Assembly (NCBI GenBank): GCA_963730435.1
Contig: CAVSRT010000013.1
Location: 11,536 to 75,535, forward strand
Direction of reading: 5' to 3'
Origin: an uncultured Actinomycetota bacterium
GTDB lineage: Bacteria > Actinomycetota > Actinomycetes > Streptosporangiales > Streptosporangiaceae
DNA length: 64,000 nt
Below, in pieces: positions 9,967-19,419 of the stretch (position 1 is the stretch's first letter; each line of letters opens with the position of its first letter). The position numbers and the translations under genes were made by a program. The notes beneath the pieces were generated by a model. The model was not told the origin of the DNA, did not search any database, and was given only the letters and a program-made list of their open reading frames with translations.

Positions 9967-10328
9967 CGGGCGCTGCCCCGCGCCGTCCGCGCCGCCCGCG
10001 GCGTGCCCCCGGAAGCGCGCGGGGCGGACCTCGAGGCACGGGCGAGCTCGAGCCGCGCGACGCGGCTGCCCTCACCAGTGAGCTGATAGTACTTGCGGGG
10101 CGGCCTGCCGCCAGGCTCGTCGGCCGGAGGTTCCCACGCTGCGGCGAGCAGTCCCTCGTGCTGCAGGCGCGCCAGCATCGGGTAAAGCGTGCCGCTGGAC
10201 AAGCTGGCCGCCTTCATTAGGTTATAGCCGTGATGACGCGCTGCAGGGTCGGCCAGGAACACGCGCAGCACGCGCTCCAGTGGTCCGGTCAGCTTCACGA
10301 TGCCCAACACTACATATGTAGCCGACAT
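9963..10328 (-). CDS. PadR family transcriptional regulator
   Basis: Winged-helix signature GYNLMKA...SSGTLYPMLARLQHEGLL...RKYYQLTGEG. The ATG chosen lies 29 codons inside the track ORF, and the start is embedded in an ACATATGT repeat. Confidence 0.7.
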   Translation of the reverse strand: MSATYVVLGIVKLTGPLERVLRVFLADPAARHHGYNLMKAASLSSGTLYPMLARLQHEGLLAAAWEPPADEPGGRPPRKYYQLTGEGSRVARLELARASRSAPRASGGTPRAARTARGSAR

Positions 10329-10445
10329 ATGTCGAGAACAGATCCGCGCCGACCCGACCGCGCCCGTGGCGTGTCCGATCGCCGGGGCCAACGACGAAGT
10401 TTCAGGTGCGCTCACGGCATCTGCCAGGGTTGATCGGCCCGACAG

Positions 10446-10949
10446 TCACGAACCGGTCGACGCTGGCGGCAGGTCGGCATCGGGCCGCGGATTCCAGCGG
10501 AGCTTGCACTCATCTTCGCTCTCGTCTACCTGGACAAATCCCAGACGGTCGTACAGCTTGCGCGCTTCCGGGTTATCTTTCTCGACCGCAAGGTCGAGGG
10601 GAATGCCGACCGCCGCGGCTTCAGCCTTGAGGTCTTCGATGATGGCCGTGCCTATGCCGTGCCGCTGGATATAGGGAAGCAGTTGAATGCCCGACAGTTC
10701 CAAGCCGTCGGCAGTGCGGGTGACTCGCAATCTGCCGGCGGCCGCGTCATTGACTTCGACAACGCTGGTCGTGCTGTTGGGGATCTCGCCCCGGACTTGC
10801 TCCATGGTCCACTCGCAGAAGCCCTGGCGCCATTGCCGCTCGTCGAAGTCGCTCGGCAGGCGGTCCTGAGCCCGTGTGGCCTTAATGACCACGTCGGCGA
10901 GGAACCCGACATCTTCCGGAGTAGCTGGCCTTATGCGGTAACTGAGCAC
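10446..10949 (-). CDS. GNAT family N-acetyltransferase
   Basis: 167 aa, GTG start. Motif QRHGIGTAII...ARKLYDRLGF is typical of GNAT. Confidence 0.75.
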   Translation of the reverse strand: MLSYRIRPATPEDVGFLADVVIKATRAQDRLPSDFDERQWRQGFCEWTMEQVRGEIPNSTTSVVEVNDAAAGRLRVTRTADGLELSGIQLLPYIQRHGIGTAIIEDLKAEAAAVGIPLDLAVEKDNPEARKLYDRLGFVQVDESEDECKLRWNPRPDADLPPASTGS

Positions 10950-11079
10950 GCGAGCATGCTCTCACCGTCAATCGTTGGCGCTCGCGCCAATTTCGAGTGC
11001 AGGCACGCGGATGCGTGATCGTTTCACGTCTTCGTGGCGGTGACCCGGCGCCGCGAGGGTAACGGGGCGCGCCTGGCAG

Positions 11080-12417
11080 CTAGCCGGCCGGATGCCAAGG
11101 CAGGAGGTAGGCGCGGTAGGAACGGTAGCCAGCCGGGAGCTCGGCGTTGAACAGCAGCCGACCGGACGGGCTGAACTCGGAGATGTAGGGCAGGGAGCCC
11201 CAGCCGACGAACAGGTCCCCGTTGCGTGTGGTCTGCGCGTTCCCCTCAGCCGTGGCCACCAGTCCCTCGGGCTGGTCAACGGACTTCACCAGGGTGGCCA
11301 CCCTAGTCGTGAGATCCAGCTTCACGGTGACGACCCGGCTATGGGGCAGCAGCGAGCCGGAGCCGTCTGACTCATCGTCGAAGAATGTGTACTCGCCGTT
11401 GCCGATGGCCTCGGGGTCGTGCTGGAAGGCGAAGATCTCGCCCGCGCTGTCGAGGACCTGCTCGGGGGCGGCCCTGAGCTTGAACGTGCTCTGCTTGCCG
11501 CCAAGCTCCCAGATGATCTTCCCGGTGCGGAGGCTCACCTTGTAGGTCGTCCAGGTGTAGCGGGAGTTGATCAGGAGGTTCCCGTCAGAGTCGAGGTGGA
11601 CGGCGTTGATGTGGAACCAGTCCCACGGCGTGGTCGCCGACCCAGGCCGTGGGTTGTGGCTGTCGCGGTAAGGAACGTGGTCCGCGCTGTTCCACTGGAA
11701 AAGCACCTTGCCGGTGCGGATATCGATCTCCTGGACGATGCCGTCGAAGACTTTCTGGTCGGCGGGACCGCCGATCGAGGTCAGGTTCGCGGTCCCGAAG
11801 GTGTCTGCGAGGATCAGCGCCGTGTTCCAGGGCGTGATGAGGAACTCGTGAAAGTCGGTGAGATAGCCGTGACCGGCTCTCACCGCGGCGATCTGCTGGT
11901 AGCGGTCGTTGTAGACGTAGTCGGTTCCGGTCAGGCCCGCGCCCTGGAACCACGTGAGCACAGGTCTGCCCTGATAGGTCTGGGTCCGGAAGTCAGTGGC
12001 CATTTCCCCGCCCGGCATGGCGTGGAACCAGATCACCTTGCCCGTATCGGTGAGGATCTCGGGGCCGCTTGCGTTCGGGCACCCCTGCGGGGCGATGAAG
12101 ATATCGCCGCTGGCATTGCCGGCGGCCCGCGTCAGCACCTTGACCGGCGCAGCATGATCAGCAGCCCCCGAAGACGGTGCCTGACAATCAGCCGCGCCTC
12201 CGGGCGTCGCCGCGCCGCAGGCCGAGGCGGCCAGAGCGATGGCCACGCTGACCACGATCGCGGCGCACGCAGATCGCGAACGGACCCGGCGTGAGCGAGT
12301 AGCACGGCCTGAGCGAGTAGCACGGCCTAAGAGCACCCTGCGTGCGGTGAAGGCACGCAGCGCCATCAGCCCGGAGCCGGCACGCCTTAGCATGAGCGCC
12401 CTCCTTCGAGGTAACAA
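11080..12417 (-). CDS. arylsulfotransferase (ASST) family protein, secreted (RR-containing signal, possibly Tat)
   Basis: 445 aa. Beta-propeller-like repeats and the C-terminal region (DSDGNLLINSRYTWTTYKVSLRTGKIIWELGG...) match the PF05935 ASST family. The N-terminus is RRRALML plus a hydrophobic stretch. Confidence 0.7.
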   Translation of the reverse strand: MLPRRRALMLRRAGSGLMALRAFTARRVLLGRATRSGRATRSRRVRSRSACAAIVVSVAIALAASACGAATPGGAADCQAPSSGAADHAAPVKVLTRAAGNASGDIFIAPQGCPNASGPEILTDTGKVIWFHAMPGGEMATDFRTQTYQGRPVLTWFQGAGLTGTDYVYNDRYQQIAAVRAGHGYLTDFHEFLITPWNTALILADTFGTANLTSIGGPADQKVFDGIVQEIDIRTGKVLFQWNSADHVPYRDSHNPRPGSATTPWDWFHINAVHLDSDGNLLINSRYTWTTYKVSLRTGKIIWELGGKQSTFKLRAAPEQVLDSAGEIFAFQHDPEAIGNGEYTFFDDESDGSGSLLPHSRVVTVKLDLTTRVATLVKSVDQPEGLVATAEGNAQTTRNGDLFVGWGSLPYISEFSPSGRLLFNAELPAGYRSYRAYLLPWHPAG

Positions 12418-12675
12418 ATCATCAGCGAATCCTCACCCAGACCCCCGGGCGAAACTGGCCAGCTGGCGGTGCCACGGAGGCAGGCTCCCACGAACCCACA
12501 ACGCCACAACTTGCCCGCGCGTGCCCGGCCGTACGAGTAACCCGCCCGCACGTATTACCGAGGCGCGCCAGCACTTCCCCGGCCCGCCTTGTCCTCGACG
12601 GTGAAACTGCTGGTCGCCTATATGCTCGGCTGCGTGTCCCGCCCGTAGCGGCCACCGAAGCTGGAGGTCCAGCCC

Positions 12676-14175
12676 ATGCCCGACCAGGCGCCAGACGATC
12701 AGGCCCGTGAGTTCGCGGTAGCGTTCCGCAGTTTTCTGAACTGGGTTCATTCAAGTGCCGCCGATGACGACAATGAGGTTTCGGCGCTCGTCCGGGACTA
12801 TCTCGGCCCTGATGGCGTGCACCAGTCCGTGGTGACACGTGAGCTAGCTCCGTTTGAGCACGTCAACCTGCAGACCGCCATCGACGCGTGGTCTGCAGGC
12901 GACGGACGGACGGTGGAGGTCCGTGGCATCGCGCTCCCGCCCCACTATGGCGGCCTGGTGCTGCAGCAGCTAGTCGCGGGCGAGTCGCTGCCTCCGCTGC
13001 GGCTGACGGCGCCCGCGCTGGCCGACCTGCCCAACGGCCCAGGTTCGACTCTCGGGTGCTTGCGTCTGGCTCTGCTGTTGGTCACCGACCAGGACGGCCG
13101 CTACGTCGTCATGATCCAGGCACCGAACGAGCACCAGCCGAGCCTGCAGATTGAGGTCGCCGGCCTCCCCGTTGACCTGGCCCAGCGCCTGCTCGCCGAA
13201 CTGGACCGTTTGCGCGCCGAACTTAACGTCTACCGCGGCCACCTGCTCGACGTGTCCCTGGATCCGATGGGCCGTGTCGTTCTCACCTTCGTCGGCCCGC
13301 CCGGCATCACCAGAGACGACGTCGTGTTGCCCTCCACCGTCCTGACGCGCGTCGAGCGGCATGCTCTCGGCGTAGCTGACCATCGGGAGGCCTTGCTAGC
13401 CGCGAGGCAGCACCTCAAGCGCGGCCTGCTGCTGTACGGCCCTCCCGGTACCGGTAAGACGCACACCACGCGGTACCTGCTGGGCCGCATGACCACCTAC
13501 ACGCGCCTAGTGCTCACAGGCCGCTCCCTGATCGCCGTGGGTGCGGTCACCGACCTGGCTCGAGCGCTGCTGCCCGCCATCGTGGTGCTTGAGGATGTCG
13601 ACCTGGTCGCCGAGGAGCGTTCGCTCGGCCCGGCGTCGAGCCCGGTCCTGTTCGACTTGCTCGACGCCATGGACGGGGCGGCCCCCGACGCCGACCTGCT
13701 ATTCCTGCTGACCACCAACCGCGCCGACCTGCTGGAACCCGCACTGGCCGCGCGGCCAGGGCGGGTCGACGTTGCAGTCGAGATCGCCCTGCCGGACGCC
13801 CCAGCCCGGGAACGTTTGCTCACGCTCTACGGCCAGAATGTGCCCTTGGCACTGACCGAGGAGGATGTGCAGCTTGCTGTCGAGCGCACCGACGGCACCA
13901 CGGCCTCCTTCCTCAAGGAACTGATCCGGCGCAGCGTGCTGGAGTCGCTGCACGACGACCCGGTGCTGACCGCGGTCACCGGAGAGCACCTGACTCGCGC
14001 ACTCGACGATCTACTCGACTCCGCACAGGCGGTGACCCGCACCCTGCTCGGGGTGGGCGTCGACCCTACCGACCTGCCAGTGGGCGGCGTACTGCCGCCG
14101 GTCCCGGGTCGCGGCGGCTGGACGGCCTACGGCCGCCGGGGTATGCCACGGCGCTTCACGTCGTACGGTGGCTGA
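12676..14175 (+). CDS. AAA+ family ATPase with about 250-aa N-terminal domain of unknown function
   Basis: Walker A (LLYGPPGTGKTHT), Walker B region (IVVLEDVDLV) and SRH with Arg finger (LLTTNRADLLEPALAARPGRVD). GGAGG lies 8 nt before the ATG. Confidence 0.8.
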   Translation: MPDQAPDDQAREFAVAFRSFLNWVHSSAADDDNEVSALVRDYLGPDGVHQSVVTRELAPFEHVNLQTAIDAWSAGDGRTVEVRGIALPPHYGGLVLQQLVAGESLPPLRLTAPALADLPNGPGSTLGCLRLALLLVTDQDGRYVVMIQAPNEHQPSLQIEVAGLPVDLAQRLLAELDRLRAELNVYRGHLLDVSLDPMGRVVLTFVGPPGITRDDVVLPSTVLTRVERHALGVADHREALLAARQHLKRGLLLYGPPGTGKTHTTRYLLGRMTTYTRLVLTGRSLIAVGAVTDLARALLPAIVVLEDVDLVAEERSLGPASSPVLFDLLDAMDGAAPDADLLFLLTTNRADLLEPALAARPGRVDVAVEIALPDAPARERLLTLYGQNVPLALTEEDVQLAVERTDGTTASFLKELIRRSVLESLHDDPVLTAVTGEHLTRALDDLLDSAQAVTRTLLGVGVDPTDLPVGGVLPPVPGRGGWTAYGRRGMPRRFTSYGG

Positions 14176-14182
14176 GGTCGGC

Positions 14183-14270
14183 CCTCGCGCCCCGACGGCC
14201 CTCGCCCGCCCGACGGCCCTCGCCCGCCCGACGGCCCTCGCCCGCCCGACGGCCCTCGCACGCCCGACCG
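14183..14270. repeat. tandem repeat, about 18-bp unit GCCCGCCCGACGGCCCTC x4.5 in convergent intergenic region
   Basis: Direct reading of 14186-14270: (cgacggccctcgcccgcc)n. Confidence 0.8.
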
Positions 14271-16667
14271 CTAGCTGAGTGGAGCCTCGTCGCCAGAGCC
14301 CGCGGCGAGCCATTGATCTTCCAGGCTGGCCGGGCGGACCCGGCTTCCGTCGCCCTGAACGTCGCCATCGCTCCTGGGTACCAGGGTCGGCTTAGCCACG
14401 GCGACTCCGTCCAGCAGCCCTGCGGCTCGTTCGGGACTCGTCTCGTCCCTGGTCCGGCGCTGTGCCTTGTCGGCGCGGCCGTGCCTGGCCGATCTGGTCC
14501 CCGCGGACTTGCCGATCAGATGCATCAGCGACGTGCCTTCAACCCCCACCACCAGGAAGACCAGCGATATCACCAGCAGCATCACAGTCCCGGCCTGGTT
14601 CGAGGTGGCAAAGACGGCATAGCCTCCGCCCAGGCCGGTCAGTACGCCGATGCCGATGGCGCCCTGCCGCTCGCGTCGAGTCAGGAAATGCGTCCGTGAC
14701 CCGGCGGCAGCGGATTCGCGTCTGTCGTACTGATCTTCAAGGCTCATGGTCCTTACCTGTCTGTTCGCTTGCATTCGCAGGATCTGGTCGTGCGTGCGCT
14801 GGCGTGAAGTGGCCACCAGGTCGCTGAGGTAACGGGGCAGGGACTTCAGGTTCCGCTCGTGATGCTCGACGCCCCCCGCAGGGAGCATCGCTTCCTCGCC
14901 AGCCCCTGCTACCGGACGTGACGAGCGTGACGAGCGCGGCGCGATGATCTGCCGTGCCCGCGCCAGGACAACCCGGAGGTCGCCGTCGTCGAGGAAGTAC
15001 GCCACGGCGCCGAACGCGAGGATCGCGCAGCCGGATGCCACGATGCCAACAACGCCATATAGCAGCCTGTGACTGACCGGAAGCGCGAGGCTGATACCTG
15101 CGCCAACCACGGCGCCCGCGGTCCCGGCGGCCAGGCCGGCCAGCGCGGCACGGCCTACACCCTGTACGGCCGCCTTGCCGCGGATCCGGCGGGTAGCAAT
15201 CACGAGCGGGATCGCCGCGCCGGTTGCGCCGATGGTGTTGCCGAGGGCCAGCGCCCCGACCACCAGCCGGGCGGGCGCAAGCTCGGCCAGCACGACCTGT
15301 GCCAGGAGCACGAGCAGGCCGCTGCCAGCCAGCGCGATGGCGGCGGCCTTGAGCCGCCCGAGCGCGAGCATCGCCCTGGACAGGTTCGCAATGACGCCGA
15401 CGCCCGCCAGCCCGGGCGCGAACAGGGCGAACGCCAGTATCAGCTGTGAGACCTGACCTGGTTCTTTGGCCAGGACGTGCGCGGCCGGAACGGTGACCGC
15501 GCCGGTCACGGCCATGCCAAGGCACGACACCAGCAATACCGCCCGCGTCGATCCGGCAAGGGTCCGGTCGAACACCGATCCATCGCGGGCCGACAGCACC
15601 GGGAACGCGCTGAGCACGATCGACAGCGCCAGCACCGCGTTCAGGGAATTGAACACCTGTGATGCGTAGCCGAAGATAACCAGTGCGCCGGTCGATCCTC
15701 GGCCGTTAGCCAGGGCGATCACCGCAATGTTCGCTATCTCCTGCACGACCATCTCGGCGACGCCAACCATGACCAGGCCGCCAGCCCGGCGCGCGATGCC
15801 GGGCGGGAACGCCAGGGTGGGCCGGAGGCGCAGCCGCAGCCGCACGGTTGGCACCAGGCCGACAATCACCAGGGCTGCGATACCCAGCGTGGCGCCCGCC
15901 GACAGCACAAGCTGGGCCGAGGCCGGCAGGCGTCCAAGCGGGAGCCCTCGGCCAAGCGGAGCGAAGGCGAGGTACGAGGTGATCAGCACCAGGCTGGAGA
16001 TCAACGGCGCCAGCGCATATCCAGCGAACCGGCGGTAGGCCTGCAGCAGTCCGAACAGTACGACCGAGAGTCCGTACAGGACGGCCTGCGGCGCGAACAC
16101 CCGAAGCATGTTCGCGGTGGTGGCGACGACGTCAGCGTGCACGCAGTTGGCGCTCGCGTTGGCCGGGTTGAGAAGCGCCGCGATCGGGCCGGCTCCGACG
16201 ACGACGATGAGGGTGAGCGGGACAAGGAGGACCAGAGTCCAGGTCAGCAACGCCGAAACGATCTGACTGACCTCGGCCTTTGCCGCCGGGTCGGTAGCAG
16301 AGCGCTCAGCTGAGCGAGCCAGCACCGGCACCATGACACTGGCCAGTGCGCCGCCGAGTACCAGCTCGTAGACGAGGTTGGGTACCTGATTTGCGGTGGC
16401 GTACGCCGTGCCAAGGCAGGTCGCGCCGACGGTCTGGGAGAACACCAGCGTGCGCACGAGGCCGAGAATGCGCGCCAGCATGGTCAGGCCCGCTAGGACA
16501 CCAGCGCCGCGGGCAATGCCCGCGGCGTGCGAGTGGCGGGTGTCCGTATCGCGGACTGAACCCAGGTCAGTCACGCGCATCACTCGCGCTAGTCCGCACG
16601 CGCATTCCCAGATCTCCGCTGCTCGTGTGGTAGCCGGTGCCGCCGACCGACGGCCCTGAGCCGACAA
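14271..16667 (-). CDS. murJ: lipid II flippase MurJ (MviN) with about 280-aa C-terminal extension containing an extra TM segment
   Basis: N-terminal signature ..TANQVPNLVYELVLGGALASVMVPVLAR.. and about 14 TM helices. The real start may be an internal ATG (MRVTDLG) about 29 codons downstream. Confidence 0.75.
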   Translation of the reverse strand: MSAQGRRSAAPATTRAAEIWECACGLARVMRVTDLGSVRDTDTRHSHAAGIARGAGVLAGLTMLARILGLVRTLVFSQTVGATCLGTAYATANQVPNLVYELVLGGALASVMVPVLARSAERSATDPAAKAEVSQIVSALLTWTLVLLVPLTLIVVVGAGPIAALLNPANASANCVHADVVATTANMLRVFAPQAVLYGLSVVLFGLLQAYRRFAGYALAPLISSLVLITSYLAFAPLGRGLPLGRLPASAQLVLSAGATLGIAALVIVGLVPTVRLRLRLRPTLAFPPGIARRAGGLVMVGVAEMVVQEIANIAVIALANGRGSTGALVIFGYASQVFNSLNAVLALSIVLSAFPVLSARDGSVFDRTLAGSTRAVLLVSCLGMAVTGAVTVPAAHVLAKEPGQVSQLILAFALFAPGLAGVGVIANLSRAMLALGRLKAAAIALAGSGLLVLLAQVVLAELAPARLVVGALALGNTIGATGAAIPLVIATRRIRGKAAVQGVGRAALAGLAAGTAGAVVGAGISLALPVSHRLLYGVVGIVASGCAILAFGAVAYFLDDGDLRVVLARARQIIAPRSSRSSRPVAGAGEEAMLPAGGVEHHERNLKSLPRYLSDLVATSRQRTHDQILRMQANRQVRTMSLEDQYDRRESAAAGSRTHFLTRRERQGAIGIGVLTGLGGGYAVFATSNQAGTVMLLVISLVFLVVGVEGTSLMHLIGKSAGTRSARHGRADKAQRRTRDETSPERAAGLLDGVAVAKPTLVPRSDGDVQGDGSRVRPASLEDQWLAAGSGDEAPLS

Positions 16668-16946
16668 GCCGACAGGTACAAGACGGCATGGAGCCAGGTC
16701 CTGCGGACCGGTTCAATGAACGCCCGTACAACTTAAGCATTCCGCGGCTGCCGCTCACGGAGTTATGTCCGATCTTCCCGGACAGATTCTCTGTGCACGC
16801 AGCGGCAGATGCGCCGATTGCCATGCCTTGGAACGGTATCGGCAGGGCGGTGGTCATGAAAAGCCCAATCCGGAACGGAACGGGGCCGACCTAGCCCGCC
16901 TGCCACGCCCCCTCGGGCCCGACCATCTCAAGTGCAGCCCGCGCCT

Positions 16947-17035
16947 ACCTGGCCACCCAGCTCCGGGCCACCCAGCTCCGGGCCGCCCAGCTCCGGGCCG
17001 CCCAGCTCCGGGCCGCGAAGCTCCGACCGCCCGCA
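16947..17035. repeat. tandem repeat, 15-bp unit CCAGCTCCGGGCCRC x5 in divergent intergenic region between murJ and a GNAT gene
   Basis: Direct reading: ccacccagctccgggccacccagctccgggccgcccagctccgggccgcccagctccgggccgcgaagctccg. Confidence 0.8.
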
Positions 17036-17099
17036 ATACTTGTCGCATGAGCCGATCACGGGCACCCACGTTCCCTGACGACACAGGCTGCGTGGGTTG

Positions 17100-17972
17100 A
17101 TGTCGCTCACGGACGGGCTAGTAACCGTCCGCGCGACCCAGGTCCTCCTGGCCGGGGACGTGATAGCGGGCTGGGTCGACTACGACACAGACCGAGACTG
17201 GCTCGGGGCTGGCGAGGTGTACGTGCGTTACGACGTACTCCCCCTCGAGGGCGACATTGCTCTGCGGGCGCTCAAGCTGGTCCTGCACCACCTCGCGACG
17301 CGCACGGCCTTCAGCGCCGCAACACTAAAGGTCCCCGCCGGTGACACCGACTCGGCGGCCGTCGCAGCTGCGGCCGGATTCAGCTACCGTGCCGACCTTC
17401 AGGGCGACCAGCTGTTCGCCCGGCAAGTCCCGCCCCTCACCTACACAGACGGGGTAGTCACCATCCGGCGGCAGCGCATCGAGGACATCGGCCAGCATCT
17501 GGCGGCCATCGATGACGAGCAGATCGACTGGCTCTGGGAGCCCGGCGACCGCGAGAAGTGGGAGGCGCTGACGCCAGCCCAGCAGCGTGCCGGGAATCTG
17601 GAGTACCTGCGCGCCTGCCACGACTCGTTTGGCATCGGGCCGAAGTGGACGTTCTCCGTGGACAGCGCCGATGCGACCTACGTCGCCTACGTCGACTGCG
17701 ACCTGGCTAACAACCTTGTGCCGCCCGGCGAGGCCAACATCGCCTACACAGCGCACCCGGCCTACCGCGGGCGCGGCCACGTCAGCCGCGCGGTCCGACT
17801 AGTCCTGCAGTTCCTCCGCGACCACACTGGCGCCCAGTCGGCGCACATCATCGTCGATGCAAGGAACACGGCATCACTCCGAGTGGCCCGTGCCGTCGGG
17901 GCGACGGAGACGGAGCGGTGGCAGGACGAGCATGGCCGGACCATGATCAGGCACGTGGTGAGCATCCGCTAA
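17100..17972 (+). CDS. GNAT family N-acetyltransferase (two-domain/RimJ-like, about 290 aa)
   Basis: Second half contains a GNAT motif (AHPAYRGRGHVSRAVRLVLQF). The ATG is immediately after the TTG used by the ORF track. Confidence 0.65.
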   Translation: MSLTDGLVTVRATQVLLAGDVIAGWVDYDTDRDWLGAGEVYVRYDVLPLEGDIALRALKLVLHHLATRTAFSAATLKVPAGDTDSAAVAAAAGFSYRADLQGDQLFARQVPPLTYTDGVVTIRRQRIEDIGQHLAAIDDEQIDWLWEPGDREKWEALTPAQQRAGNLEYLRACHDSFGIGPKWTFSVDSADATYVAYVDCDLANNLVPPGEANIAYTAHPAYRGRGHVSRAVRLVLQFLRDHTGAQSAHIIVDARNTASLRVARAVGATETERWQDEHGRTMIRHVVSIR

Positions 17973-18079
17973 TCGGACTTTCGGGTGGCAACTGGCCGCG
18001 GCCGGCCGCCGCGGCGGCTAGACCTTATGGCCCAGCGTGTCGCCTTGGTACCTTGGTCTGCCCGGCGGAGGAGGTCGAC

Positions 18080-19279
18080 GTGAAGGCGCTCGTATTCCGG
18101 CACAGTCTTGCCCGCGAGGCGGCCTCGACCATCGGCGGGAGAATCGACCACCGCGCGTTCGTTTCCCGGTTCGCGCCGGTCCGCATCGAGGACGTCGACG
18201 AGCTCCCGCTTCCGGCCAAGGACTGGGTCCACGTGGAGACGACTTTCTCTGGCCTGTGCGGCTCCGACGTCAAGCAGATCCTGCTGAACGGCAGGCGCGA
18301 CAACCCGCTCACTGCTCTGGTGTCGTTCCCGCACGTACTCGGGCACGAAGCAGTCGGGCGCCGCGCGGACACAGGCGAGCGCGTCGTGCTCAATCCGTGG
18401 CTGTCATGCGGCCCTCGCGGCATCGACCCGCCGTGCCCGGCCTGCCAGACCGGACGCTATCCGTGGTGCCGCAATTTCCGCTCGGGTGACCTGCCAGTGT
18501 CCATCCACCTGGGCAATTGCGCGGCGGCCGTCGGCGCGCACGCCGAGCGATTCGGCGCGCACCTGTCCCAGCTCTTCGCCATTCCCGACAACGTCACCGA
18601 CGACGCCGCCGTGCTCGCAGACCCGGTCAGCGTGTCACTGCGCTCGATCCTGCTCGCGCCGCCCCCCGACGGCCAGCCTGTCCTCGTCTACGGGTCGGGC
18701 ACTCTGGCGTTCGCCGCTGTCGCGCTGATCCGTCACCTCTACCCTGCGACGCCAGTGTGGGCCGCGACCCGCTCCGGCGCGCGGGCCGCGCTTGCGGATC
18801 GAATGGGCGCCCACGCGGTGCTGTCGTCCTCCCCGGACGAGCTCGTCGCGCAGGTGGCCCGCCGCGTCGGCACTACGCCGCTCGAACCATGGAGCAAGCG
18901 GGACTGGCTGCAGGACGGCCCTGCCGTCGTGTACGACACGATCGGCTCGACCGAGACGGTCGAGACCTCGCTCCGGCTGCTCGCGACGGGCGGCACGCTC
19001 ATCGTGTCCGGCGTCGAACCGCCGAAGCGCTTCGAGTGGACGCCGCTGTACTTCAAGGAGCTCCGGGTCATCGGCTCGAATGGCTTCGGCATCGAGGAAG
19101 TGGACGGCGTCGCCAAGCACGCGATGCAGCACTACTTCGACTTCATCGCGGACGGCTTCGACCTGACGCCGGTCATCACGCACCGGTTCCCGCTTGAGCG
19201 CTGGGACGCCGCAGTCCTGACGGTGAAAGAATCACGACGCACCGGCGCCGTCAAGGTGCTGCTCGAGCCCACCCGGTGA
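18080..19279 (+). CDS. zinc-dependent alcohol dehydrogenase family protein (MDR superfamily; threonine/sorbitol dehydrogenase-like)
   Basis: GTG start after GGAGGAGG. Zn-binding pattern GSDVKQ...GHEAVG...C-x2-C-x2-C-x7-C (CPACQTGRYPWC) and a Rossmann GxGxxG (VYGSGTLA). Confidence 0.8.
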   Translation: MKALVFRHSLAREAASTIGGRIDHRAFVSRFAPVRIEDVDELPLPAKDWVHVETTFSGLCGSDVKQILLNGRRDNPLTALVSFPHVLGHEAVGRRADTGERVVLNPWLSCGPRGIDPPCPACQTGRYPWCRNFRSGDLPVSIHLGNCAAAVGAHAERFGAHLSQLFAIPDNVTDDAAVLADPVSVSLRSILLAPPPDGQPVLVYGSGTLAFAAVALIRHLYPATPVWAATRSGARAALADRMGAHAVLSSSPDELVAQVARRVGTTPLEPWSKRDWLQDGPAVVYDTIGSTETVETSLRLLATGGTLIVSGVEPPKRFEWTPLYFKELRVIGSNGFGIEEVDGVAKHAMQHYFDFIADGFDLTPVITHRFPLERWDAAVLTVKESRRTGAVKVLLEPTR

Positions 19280-19419
19280 TCGGGAGGAGCCATGCAGATC
19301 AAGATGGGCAACCCAACCTGCTCCGCCGGACGTCCGCCGACGATCGAATGGTCGGCCGGCTGAGCCAGCGCGCACGAGCTTCGACGCATTCCCGGGCGCC
19401 GTCGGGCAGCAGGAGCAGC

